Shown here in pieces: positions 13,216 through 25,849 of a DNA stretch of 64,000 nucleotides (the stretch's first letter is position 1; the number at the start of each line of letters is the position of its first letter). A model generated the notes under the pieces. The model did no database searches. It saw only the letters and a program-made list of their open reading frames with translations, and was not told where the DNA came from. The position numbers and the translations under genes were made by a program. The stretch is from Octopus vulgaris (Eukaryota): assembly GCA_951406725.2 (NCBI GenBank), contig OX597816.1, forward strand, positions 81,530,001 through 81,594,000, written 5' to 3'.

Positions 13216-14595
13216 AGGCAGTGAACTGACAGAATTGTTAGCATGTCAGACAAAATGCTTAGCAGCATTTCACTTATGCTTTGGTTCCGAGTTCAAATTC
13301 TGCAGAAGTTGACTTGCTTTTTATCTCTTTGGGATCGATAAAATAAGTACTGAATACTGGGATAGATGTAACTGAGTAGGCCCCTTTCCCCGTAATTTCA
13401 AGCCTTGTACCTGAAGTAGAATTTTTGTTATCAAGGTGGTAAGCTTGCAAACCATTAGAGACACAGGCAAAATGCTCACCAACATTACTACTGGCTTTTT
13501 ACTTTCTGAGTTCAAATTCCTCTAAAATCGATTCTGCCCTTCATCTTTTCAGGGTCCCTTTACCCAAATATTTCTGGCTTTTTGATGTAAGCGGTTATCA
13601 TCATCAACATTATTATTATTAAGATAGTGAGCTGACAGAATCATCAGTACACCAAGTAAAATGTTGGGCTGCACTTTGTCTATCTTCATGTTGTGAGTCC
13701 ACATGCAACTGAAGTCGACTTTGCCTTTCATCCTTTCAGGGTCAAAAAAATAAGTACCAGTAGAATACTGGAGTTGATGTAATCAACTAGCCCCTCCTTA
13801 TGAAATTCCTGGACTCATGCCTGTAGAAGAAATATCAACTAACCCCTCCCTATGAAATTTCAGGACTTGTGCCTAAAGGAGGAGGAGATTGGCAAGCTGG
13901 CAGAATCATTAGCATACCAGGTAAAACGCTTTGTAACATTACATCTGTCTTGATGTCCCAAGTTCTAATTCCACTGAGGTCAACTTTGCTTTTCATCCTT
14001 TCATTAGTACCAGTCAAGCACTGGGGTCAATGTTACTGACTTACCCACTCACCCAAAATTGCTGGACTTGAAACAAAAATTTAAAATCATCATCATCACT
14101 ATTATTATTATTATTATTATTATTATTATCATTATGGCAGCGAGCTGGCAGAATCATTAGCACACCAGATGAAATGCTTAGCGGCATTTTATCCGTCTTT
14201 ACGTTCAGAGTTCAAATTCTGCTGAGGTCAATTTTGCCTTTCGTCCTTTCAGGGTCAATGAAATAAGTACCAGTGTAACACTGCGGTCAATGTAATTGAC
14301 TAGTCCCCTTCCCAAATTTCAGGCCTTGTGCTTTTAGTAGAAAGGATTATTATTATCATTATTATAACAAAGGTGGCAAGCTGGCAAAATTGTTAGCACA
14401 TCAGACAAAATGCTTAGCAGCATTTCTTCCAGATCTTTATGTTCTGAGTTCAAATGCCATTGAGGTCTACTTTGCCTTTCATCCTTTCGGGGTCAGTAAA
14501 ATAAAGTACCAGTCACATACTGGAGTCGATGTAATTGACTAAACCCCTCCCCCAAGTTTCAGGCCTTCTGCCTACATTAGAACCAATTATTATTA
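13216..14595 (+). repeat. Head-to-tail array of about six SINE A copies, several separated by (ATT)n
   Basis: Repeated ggc..agctggcagaat..ttagca heads at about 13216, 13435, 13625, 13890, 14136, 14372. Confidence 0.75.
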
Positions 14596-15240
14596 TTACC
14601 ATTATCATCATCATCATCACTGAAAATTACTATTAATAACACTGATATATCATTGATTGTTGGGTGAGGGGCTTTGCCTTGTGCATGTACAATATGCCTA
14701 GCAATAACATTTATTAATTTCCTCCATGTCATACATTAACTTTATTTGGAATATTATATAATAAAATGTTGCAAGAGAGAGGGCGAGATGTCAAGCTTTA
14801 CAGCCAAAATAAATGAAGCAAATAGTTTTTAAATAATGTTAAAGAAGGAAAAAAAAAAAGAAGTTAAATAAAAGCTATTTTCATTTGAAAAGCAACCTGC
14901 ACTCAGCTCCATTCTGAGTAGAGGCAAGTTACATCATAAATATTAAGTAGAAAGGTTTTATGTAAAGGCAACTGTAAAAATACAGCCACCTACACCACCA
15001 CCAGTCAAGAGAAGAGGGTAGGTGTGGTGGATTCCTGGAATTACTACTTTACTACTTTATAGGGAAAGAAGACCTAAAAGAGAAAGGCTCCAGGAAATAC
15101 TGCTACTACTGCTTTCTCAAGCACGGAGGGAGAGGGAAAGAGAGTACTGGCAAAAAAGGATAGCATGCCATTTGAAAAAAAACACAAAAAACTGGCTAAC
15201 TTTTGTGAAGGATGTAGCAATGATTATGGAGAGAAAGAGG

Positions 15241-15283
<43 letters not shown>

Positions 15284-15377
15284 AAGCATTGGAAGTGAGT
15301 TGGGAAAAGTGAAGCTTAGAGGTGGGAAACATGACAATAACCTGATCCCTGACTGCTACTAACACATGCGAACTAAC

Positions 15378-15437
15378 CTTGGCTTCCACTGTCCACCATA
15401 CTACCACAGCACTTTGTTCAAACACTAAAATTACATT
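15378..15437 (-). other. Candidate 60-nt exon of the minus-strand gene
   Basis: ttctgcAG acceptor at 15439-15438, AAG|GTTAGT donor at 15377; lies in a repeat-poor block; weak pyrimidine tract. Confidence 0.35.
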
Positions 15438-17439
15438 CTGCAGAATAATGGGGTTTTTTTTTTAAATAGTCAAATTGAATGAAGAAACCAAAAAAAAAGA
15501 AGAAGAAGAAAGAAAAAGGAGACATCAGTTTCTGTTGATAGATATATCAACAGAAATAATAACAAGGGAAAATAACTGGGTTTCTGCTGGCTTCAACGAC
15601 AAATATTCAGTTGTATAATTATCTGCTCACTGAATAAGCATGTAAGCAGCTGAGTATTCCACACACACACATCCTCATCATTTAATGTCTATGTTCAATA
15701 TTGGCATGGGGCAGACAGTTTGACAGGATCTGATGAGTCCAAAGGCTCCTTTGGATTCCAATGTCTGCTGAGGTACAGTTTCTACAGCTGGATGCCCTTC
15801 TTAGTACCAATCACTTTATAGCATGTATGGGGTGTTTTTTTTTCAAAACACCATCAGTACTGAGGCCACCGTTAGCCTGCAAGATTAAAATCACCTGCAA
15901 CTGAGTGTGACTAAAGTAGAGAGAGAGAGGTATCCTTATGCTATGGGATGAGAGATTAAAGTGATGGGGGGGGGTGCAAAATAGAACAGGTTTCTTACTA
16001 TGGATGAGCAATATGGTTACTCAAATTATTGAAGAGGGTCAGAGTGATTGAGATGGAACTGAAAAGATATAAAGATAGTGGATGAGGAGTCAGGGCATAC
16101 CCTCAAGATACTAGGTAAGTAGAAATTAAAGGTGACAGAACAGGAGGTGTAGGTGGGTAAGAAGTATCAAGAATGTATGGGAGAGTGAAAAATGATTAAA
16201 GAAATGGAATGGGAGAGAGGGGAAGACAAGGAAGAAGGAAGAGATGGGGAGTTCTGTAGAAATTAAGTAGTATTGAGGGGTTAGGGGAGGTAGGGAAAAG
16301 AAGATGAGTGATAGTGCAGAAAAGGGGGTGATGTGGGGTAGTGAAGAGCAACAGAATTATAATAACTCTTTCTACCATATGCACAAGGCCTCAAATTTGG
16401 CGGGAGGGATAAGTCAATTAAATTGACCAGTGTTCAACTGGTACTTATTTTATTGACCCCCAAAAGAATGAAAAGCAATGTTGACCTTAATGGAATTTGA
16501 ACTCAGAACATAAAGACAAATAAAATGCTAACCATTCTAACCATTTTATAATTTTTGCCAATAATTTTATCTCCCTTATTTACCACCAATAGCTCATTGA
16601 GACAATAAATCGAAGAGAGGGATAGAGAAAAAGTTATATAAACTGAAGGAAGAGTCAGGAATGATATACAATAGATATGGAAACATGTAAAAAATATGAC
16701 ATAACTTAAAATATATAGAATTTAAAAAGACCCAAAAAGCAAATCTGATTACCCATTCATATATGGGTGAGAACCCACCTGTTATAGGCGTAAGGACAGA
16801 GTGAATTATATTAACTGGTATTTATTTTATCAACACTGAAAAAAAAATAATTAAAGGTAAAGTCAGTCCTATTGGGTTTTGAACTCAGAGCAACAAAGCA
16901 TTTAGGCATTTTATCTGACTCTATTGATTCTGCCAACCCATAACAACAAACATAATTTCTCATATAAGCAGAGGGCGCAAATTTGTAGAGTTAAAATCAA
17001 TTCTAGTTCTTTATTTATTCTATCTATACAGTGAAGCATTTAAATTGATGTTCCATCAATTCTTTCAGCGTTTAAGGTATTATAGCCAAATAAATCCATT
17101 CCAGTATATTACTGAACTAAGAGATGAGCAAAGGGCCCTATTGCAAACCAACTTAAGAACAATTGATAGTGACATTATTTTATTGACTGATGTCATGGAT
17201 GGATATGGTTGTAGGAATGAAGAAGAATCAAGGCTTCTGTAATGTTGTGACACAAATGAACTAACCATCTACAGCATGAATATCACAAATCCAGCCAGCC
17301 ACCTGATTATCTTCCATACAAGTAAACATACAAACTAGATAGCCTTCATTCTTCCCAGAAAATATGATAGACAGATGATCATAAATACTAAGGCCTTCCC
17401 TGGTGAAGAATCTATCACTCAGCAGAGACAGAGATAAAA

Positions 17440-17950
17440 GACTTTCTGGAGAGGATGATTGTAGAAAGTGAATGTGGAGAACATGTGGGACAACCCCACA
17501 ACAGCACCCAATGTAACACTCATTGAAGTGGTTAAAGGTATGAAGGCAGAGAAAGCAACTGGCCCATCAGGTATAATAATAATGAACTTATTGTGTACAG
17601 CACTCAGGTACACTACAACTCATCAGAAAAACGAAGTAACCAAAACTTCATGAACAGTACATAGAATATGCACAGGAACTGAACAGTGAATAAGTCTTCC
17701 AAAAAGAAAAGAAAACAGGGGTTAGGGGCATCAGGTATAGTGTTGGTGAATTTCCAGAAGCATTGAAGTTTTGAAGGATGTAGTGTCTCAACAGCTAATA
17801 ACTGATGTGAGTAGTTTGTTGCTGAGATGCTGAAAATATCCCATGAAGTAGGTTGATTATGTGAGCTAGTCTCTAGCTAGTCACCCACATAATCAGCCAG
17901 GTAATACAGGAAGTCTATCCTCAGACTGACATATACAAGAAGGACATGTC
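17440..17950 (+). mobile_element. Decayed RTE RT fragment interrupted by a CR1 3' end
   Basis: MKAEKATGPSGI [insertion] AEMLKIS reconstitutes the KAxGPxGIxAEML motif. Confidence 0.7.
17574..17820 (-). mobile_element. CR1-like LINE 3' fragment
   Basis: Homologous to 5089-5330 (gaagttttgaaggatg, ttgtgtacagcactcagg, TAA tail). Confidence 0.75.
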
Positions 17951-18892
17951 ACCCTGAAGGTACACTCTAACATCTTATTATCACCATATTTACTTCTCTT
18001 TCTGGTAATACAGCCACCTTCACCCATGTATATTGCAACATATCCATGAATCTACTCCACAACAGTAGACCTGATCCTGCTCTTCTTATTATAATTTGAT
18101 CTCTCAACAACTCATATAAAGCTAACTCTCTGTCTCCAATTCTCTCACTCAAGGGGCCTTTTTTACACTTGCAAGTTACAAGGATACTTCAATAGTGTAG
18201 ATGACACAAAAAAGTACCCAGTACACTCTGCAAAGTGGTTGAAGTTAGGAAGAGCATCCAGCCGTAGAACTCATGCCAAAATTGAGATACTAAAGCAAGA
18301 CAGATCTTGCAATCCATTGGATCTTGACAAAGCACCCAACCCAAACCAGAGTGGAAAGCAAATGAAACATGATAATGACGGCGGTGTATGAAGGACAGCC
18401 ATTCATAAAAGATAAGATGTATGAAAGACAGAGAGATAAGATGACTGAAGTGAATGGGAAGATGAGTGAAAGAAGGAAGTGGAAAACACACACATCCAAA
18501 CACAAAGAGTTGGACAGAGACTTAGGGCAGAATTTTACAGCTAAATGCCCCTCCTATCACCAACTTTTACTTGTTTTTCAGTTAATGTCTTGTTTTTTAT
18601 TATTCCACAGGTCTTCAAAAGTGTAGAGCTACTGAGGTGTACTGCTAATAGAGAATATAAGTATGATATTTTCATTTTGCTCAGACTGCCACTTGAAAGT
18701 GGAGAACATTTACACATACACAAGATAAGTTTCCATACAGTTTTTCTCTTACCAATTTCACTTACAAGGCATTGATCAGTCTGATGCTACAAGTAGAAAA
18801 CATTCCATGGGGTGAGACAGAATCCGAAACCGTGTGGCAAACTCCATATTCACAGTCATGGCTGCCCAAACTCATATATATATATATATATA

Positions 18893-18964
18893 AGGTTAAT
18901 CCAAACGGGAAAACAGAAAAAACAACAACACGTGGAACAATTACAGTATTATTATTATTAGGCG

Positions 18965-18965
<1 letters not shown>
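18893..18965. mobile_element. Short element fragment embedded in a (TA)n tract (Penelope-like, tentative)
   Basis: 73-bp sequence between two (TA)n runs; layout resembles start of 19765-19955. Confidence 0.4.
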
Positions 18966-19024
<59 letters not shown>

Positions 19025-19529
19025 GTGTGTGTGTGTGTAAGTAGAAGGGTGTACCATACAGTGTGTATTAGAAAAGCTAAGATTAATTCAGAGTAGGGAA
19101 ACAACAATGTTTAAGCTTTATGCTATGGAATTTTAAACAGATTTAAATATATCTTGTTATTCTCTTCGTACATGGAAATATAAATGCAATTGTTCTATGC
19201 TTTATGCTGAAAAGTGAAGTCAGCAATATTTGTCAAGTAAAATGAAGATATTAGACAGAAAACAACATTCAAATATGAAGCAACTTAAAAGAATCACTGC
19301 ATATGCTGGTCTTTGAGAGCAGCTCACTATCCCTAACACAGAGATGAACATACATCCTACTTAGTGTAATCACACTATTGATAAGTCAGTTACTGCAGTA
19401 TTTGTCCTGAGATGGCATATTAAATGCAATAAGTATCAGAGGAAAACTCATTGCAGCAGTACCCAGCAAAAATGCCAGACACATTTCAGCTTTTCAATTG
19501 CATGTACTCACAAGCAACCACATTCCTGA

Positions 19530-19563
<34 letters not shown>

Positions 19564-19566
<3 letters not shown>

Positions 19567-19732
19567 CACAGGAGTGGCTATGAGGTAAGAAGCTTGCTTC
19601 CCAACCACATGGTACCAGGTTCAGTCCTACAGCATGGCACCTTGGGTAAGTGTCGTCTAGTATAGCCTCGGGCTGACCAATGCCTTGTGAATGGATTTGG
19701 TAGACGGAAACTGAAAGAAGCCCATCATATAT

Positions 19733-19766
<34 letters not shown>

Positions 19767-20165
19767 TTGAAATTTACAGAAAAACAAAAGACAAAGACAG
19801 GTGTATAAACAACAAGAAGGTGTATTAGTTCGACACTCAGGAAGGTGAGAAAGTCTTTTACGTTTTGAGCCTACGCTATTCAACACAAAAGAACACGAGG
19901 AAATAAACAGAGAGGGAATAAAAAAAACTTTGGGAGTTAGCGGTCAATCATGGCATCTTTTTCTGTGTTTGTCACCCATTACTGCTTGACAACCAGCATT
20001 GGTGTGTTTAAATCCCTGTAACTTAGCAGTTCGGCAAAAGTGACCTATAGAATAACTACCAGGCTTAAAAAATAAATATTGGGGTCAATTAATTTAACTA
20101 AAAGAAAACAATTCAAGGTGGTGCCCCAGTATGGCCGTAGTCTAGTGACTGAAATAAGTAAAAGA
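19564..20165 (+). mobile_element. SINE family B with a nested insertion (19765-19955) in its internal microsatellite
   Basis: Both halves align to the uninterrupted copy 63266-63612. Confidence 0.8.
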
Positions 20166-20214
20166 TATATATCATCATCATCATCATCATCACACCCATC
20201 CACACACACACACA

Positions 20215-20370
20215 CAACAGGCTTCCACACAGTTTCAATCTATCAAATTCACTCACAAGACATTGGCCAACTCAGAGGTATAGTAAAACACACTTGCTCA
20301 TGGTGCCATGCAGTGGGACTGAACCTGAAACTATATGGATGCAAAGCAGGGTTCTTAACCATACAGCCAA
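20215..20370 (-). mobile_element. SINE family B 5' half
   Basis: Reverse complement of family B head. Confidence 0.65.
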
Positions 20371-21339
20371 GAGCTTTTAATTCAAAAAGAACGTGAAATT
20401 TACAACCATGAAAAGTTATGCTTAAAGTTCTTAATTTTCTTTACCTAATTGCCCTGCAGGTTACTGGGATAGTATATAAAAACATTGATTAAGTGTCAAG
20501 TGTAGTAATTTAGTTACAGGATGTGATTTCAATCCTTGAATCATAATAGGAGAATATCTGTGGTATGGATAATGGAATGAGAACATTGTAGTCTTGTAGA
20601 TTTAATATAACAGGTGTAGTTCGAAATTCCAAGTATGTAACCTAATGCAGCAAAGCTGAAGAAAACAGTGGGTACAGGGAATGAAATACGAATATGACAA
20701 CCGAGATGTGGACACTAGTCCAAATATATAATGATAATTCCTTATGTCAGGAATTCACACAACACACACACAGTCATGTAGTTATGCTTATGTAAGAAAT
20801 CAATGATTACACTATACTTCATTTAATAGTCTAATAATGCAAACTCATCATTATTTATTATCATTATTACTATTAATTTGTTTTGTGTTTTTAATTTTTG
20901 CGCTTTTGTATCTTCTCACAGAAACATTCCACATTCGGCCGCAATGATAAATATTTTGAATAGCAAAAACAAAAAAAATAACTGCACATATATGATTTAA
21001 TGATAGAAAGATAAGAAATGAAAGATAAACGATAGTGTGGCCTTTATGTATGCATAAAACAATGAGAATCTCTTTTTAGTAAGAGGGGGAAATAACATTT
21101 AAAACATTTTCGAAAATACATCATATGTTTATTATAAACTGGTTTGGCTGGCATGGACAATTCATAATACATAGGTAAGGCTGACATTAAGTTTTTGTCT
21201 CAAAACCTAAGTAAATTCAAGATTTTTTATTAATATATTTATCAGAATAGTTAAAAACTGTTTTTAATCAGTAAATAATTGTTGAACTGTAATTTGAAGG
21301 AAATAAAAACTATTTTCATTTAACAATTTGTCATTTAAG

Positions 21340-21396
21340 AACGAGTTGGCCACCTCAGGTTTTTGCCAAAACTTAAGTAATGCGTGTGCGTACGTG

Positions 21397-21446
<50 letters not shown>

Positions 21447-24400
21447 CGTGTGTGTGTGAATGAGTGTAGTTTTGTCAGTGTATGTAAATATATGTAGATA
21501 CATACGCCTACATACATATGTATGCGTATGCTTAAGTAATGTTTATATATGGGCGTGTGTATATGTATCTGTGTGTGCGTGTGTGTAAATGGAATGTATA
21601 GGTGTCTAATCATATATAGGTGTGTGTTTAAAACCAATTGAAATATTGTCTTGATGAAGAACTCAATACCAAATGTGTAACAGAGTGAAATATATATATT
21701 TATTCACAGTCACACTTTATAATAAGTTTGATAAATGTTTTTAACCGAAACTCTAGGTTCTTCAGCAACTCCTACAGTGTTCTCAGCAAATATAAATTTA
21801 ATATTATTTACATATATGTAATAAGTATGTTTGTGTGATAGTGTCTATGTACGTGAGTGGTAAGAAAGATGGGGAAATAACAGCTTTAGACGATGGTAGG
21901 ATTTCTACATAAAATATTAATAGAGAGGGAGGGAACAGAGAAGTGGAATGGAAGAAAGAGAGTAGTGGGAAAGGGAGGAGAATATATAGAAGTGGACATT
22001 CCGGCCGAAGTGACCATAACTTTGGTCCGGAGTCTGGCTGGAGGAAGCGAACAAGGAAGGAATTGGTAAGACAAGACGACTCTGGCATTCGGTCTTTTCT
22101 CCGGCTGGAAAGACTGAAAGATTTTTTTTTTTTAACCTAAATCAAAAGGAATGGTATTTAAATGAAATGGACAGAATCTGAATGAGAATAGAAACTACTG
22201 ATTACAATTAGTTTGGGTCAGTTTCGGAAGGAATGTCTCTCCTTCTCCTTCAGTGGACATGAATGCAGCTACTTTCGACAGTTCGCCGAACCTTCAGACA
22301 TGACACCTTACACAGATTCTTCCTCAAACATATTTTGACGTTTGCTTTCTATTTTATTCCTCTTCTTTTGGTCCTGATAATTTTATTGAGGAGAAAAAAA
22401 TATATATCTCTTTTTCTCGTGATTCATTATTATTTAATACTTCAAACACTGAATGAAATATATTTTATAGGGATGCAAAATAGATAAGTTTGACAAATCG
22501 CTTTACGATGTTCTAAGACTTATGAATGATTGGAGTAAGACATATTATTTAGTCGATCCAGTTAGAGAAAAACGTTATAGACATGATTTAAATTCATTTA
22601 ATTAAGATACTAAAGAGAAAAAAAAATACCAAAGAGAAACATCAAAGTGATTTTCAGCGAAAATATTCTTAATGAAGCAAATATTTGCAGAAGAAACGAA
22701 AATAAAGATCAACAATACCCCAAGACATTGTAACGAAATGACACGAAAAAAACAAGAGGAGGAATATAAAAACACATGTCGAGATGACAATCTAATTTAA
22801 CGAAAGTAATTAAGAAATTGAGAGTAGGAAACTAAATTTCCTATGCCCCACCAACATAATAAATCGGTTCCAGCTCTCACCCATCATCACCTTGCTGTTA
22901 ATGTTGCTTGTTTTGATTGAAGTCTTACAAGTTCCGCCATCACGGTGGGAAATTTCCGTAAAAGTCTCTCTGGAGAGATTGGCAAACTAAATTCTGGGAA
23001 GAACAACACTAAAACGTAACGTTAAGAATAATATGGAGAAGAATGATGTGTTGGGAATATATGGAGAAAAAAATATATATATATCGGAGTTACAAGATGT
23101 TTTGATGAGGATATTATTGAATACAAGAGAAAGAGAGAGGAAGAAGAAGAAAAATCTGGCAATTATAGAATAATAGAAAGAAGAAGAAATATGTCAATAA
23201 CAGAAATAAGTTTAAAAGTAAATTCGTAAACGATCGCCTTTGTTGTGATGATGATGATGAAGGAGAAGGCATGAGGAAATATGAAATTATAACATTGCTT
23301 GGACAGTGAATGTAAGGTGACGATGCGATGTTTAGGCTGGAAAAATTGACAGCTGCAACTATGCACAAGGGGGATGGAAAGAGAAGAGAGAGGAAAACAG
23401 AAGCATGCTCGCTCGATGTGAATTGATAGATCAGCCATCTTGTAATATCATCTGGTCTCTGTGTGTGTGTGTCTCTCTCTTGTAGCTCTCTCTCAATGGC
23501 CGCCCTTTGCCGGCACTCTGTCTGTTCGTCGCCACAGCACACGCCATCACATACCACACGCCACTCACACACCTCATTCCTGGAAACAACATACACCAGA
23601 AAGACATTTCCGGGCCGGAAAAACCGAAGAAAACAAAAACAAAAAAAATGCAGTCGTGAAATTATCGCTCGTCCAGATTTCATCTGTTTTCACTCGTCTT
23701 TCGGCTGAACTGACCCTGGCCAATTTTTATCTCAAAGCTCTTAGATACCAAAAAAAAGTAATAATAAACAAATAAAAAAAAATTTTTTTCACACACAACC
23801 CAACTATGTCCAAATATGTGAAAGGTGTCGTTCGACTTACCAGAGGCAGATTAGCTTGTAAGGCGGCGCCGTCCTGCCAGAGACGATGTAAGTGCCGACA
23901 TTGGCAAGCCGTTCCCAACTGATTGGCTGACCTTGCACTCAACACAATTTTTTTTTCCCTTCTCTCTGCCCTCTCTTCTCTCTCACATCATTTTTATTCA
24001 TGCTTCATACTACGTCCGTTACTTTACTTTTTTCTATCTTTTCCTGCCTTTGTGCATGTGTTGTTATTTTTATTTTTATTTTTTCCTCATTATACATCAC
24101 TCCCCTCTTCTAAATAAATTCCTACATCTTTTTCTACGCGAGCGTGTATCTGCAAACACACACACACACGCACACAAATATACATATCAAACTATCTCTC
24201 CTGTAAATTTATCTTTCCTGGACCTGGACGCTATCAAAGGTTTTTCCAATCAATCAATCACTAAAATTAGCAACACCTAACCACGTTTCCTTCAGTTTAA
24301 TTTATTATAAAAATATATTTTAATTCATTCTGTAATTACTTCAATCTATTTATTTTAATCATGCTTCCCTATTCTTTTTCTCATTTCATTATTATTAATT

Positions 24401-24780
24401 ATTTCTCCTTTTTCACACCTCTCCGAGCTTCATCTGATATAATGATTTTTAAAAAAAGACATTACTCCATGTTTATTTAAGCCTCATACAAAATAAAATA
24501 AGTGACCGGTGTCCGATTGTCCCATATACGTTTACATCTTGACCAGCATCTAACTAACTGCTCTTTAAAAGGTGCTATTTCGATATTATTATTGTCACTA
24601 GAAAGTGACAAAAGCAGCAGATTGCTGGACTAAATACTATGCAGTATTTAGTTACGCCCCTTTATGTTTTGAGTTCAAATCCCTCCTGGGTTGACTTTAT
24701 CTTTCATATCTCTCTCTCTCTCTCTGAGTCGCTAAAATAAGTATCAAAGTACTAATGAATGATTCTGTTTCGTATATTTT
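21340..24780. promoter_or_regulatory. CpG-retaining, repeat-poor island; probable bidirectional promoter centred near 23430-23520
   Basis: Many CpGs versus depleted flanks; YY1-like CAAGATGGC (minus, 23434-23442) and CAATGGCCGCC (plus, 23494-23504) pointing outward; CCAAT boxes (minus 23900-23904, 23922-23926); TGACCTTG at 23928-23935. Confidence 0.7.
23806..23887 (+). CDS. First coding exon of a plus-strand gene, mitochondrial-presequence-like (MSKYVKGVVRLTRGRLACKAAPSCQRR)
   Basis: actATG after an A-rich leader inside the CpG island; 27 codons + 1 nt then GTAAGT donor at 23888; R/K-rich with no D/E. Confidence 0.6.
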
Positions 24781-25849
24781 CTTCCCCGGATGTCATAATA
24801 CAAGGGATGAAATCTAATGAATTGAGACCTCCACAAAATTTCAAATGTCTGTTGAAATTGACTTCCATTATATTCTTCAGAAAAGCACCACAATCTCATA
24901 TAACTCGTAATTTTTGTCCATCCCCTAAAATAAAGGCTCCTTGTTCCCAGTTTTAAAAAAATATATCAATATAAAGAATGATAGAAATGGCTAAGTTTGC
25001 ACATATTTGCTTTGAGTTCAAATTCTACTAGAGCCAACTTAGCCTACCATCTGTCAGGATGGATAAGGGAATAAAATAATGCTAGTAAAATAACTTGGAT
25101 CAATTCAGTCAAATTTTTCACAAAGGCAGTTGTTGTCATCATACATCTTTTGAAAATAATTACCAAAGCTTGAGACATTTGATTTCCTTACATAAAATTT
25201 TGATGGAGACATCACCTTTTCTAAAATATTTAGAATCAAGTCACAAGAGAACTCAATAAGGTTGCTCAACCAAGAGATAGCAGTCAAATCTCCCTACACA
25301 AACCACATCCTACCATCTTAAATAAAGATACATTGGAAAAATGTTCATTCCTGTTAAACAAAGAAGCAGGATGGTCACTATTGGATTGTCTTTGATCATT
25401 GGTCTCTTCAGTCCATATTGAACTGGGACTAAACAGCAACAAATATTTAGCTAGTGTACTTTGACAAATATGTCTCCAAGAGGTTTACACTTACTTAAAA
25501 TTTACTGAAGTACAGCTCTTTCAATGTATAAGTGTCATTCTGCACTTCTATCTATGCATAGACACTTTCATCAGTGCCATATCAAGTAAGGTGGGTTCAT
25601 AATAATAGGAAGCCATTTATGCTTGCTAGACTTTACTAGCATATATTGACTGTTGTAGTGTAAACTTGGTTCCTTTTCAACTAAGCATAATGGTCTTTAT
25701 AAAGAACATGGATTGCTGAGTTAATAGGATACAAGAAACCCAGCTGAGAAGTCAGCAATTTGTGCTTTATCCTCACCATGTTTTTCTTTCTTTTTTTTTA
25801 CATAACTACAAGATCCACTCATAACAGAACTGATATCCTAAAACCAAAG

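Noticed and set aside
21650-21715. Hammerhead-like ttgatga...gagtgaaa
   Set aside because: Core C missing, no convincing stem I or cleavage triplet
23114-23775. Long overlapping ORFs (189, 104, 91, 81 aa) in the CpG island
   Set aside because: Low-complexity translations of promoter and 5' UTR sequence on both strands; no coherent protein signal
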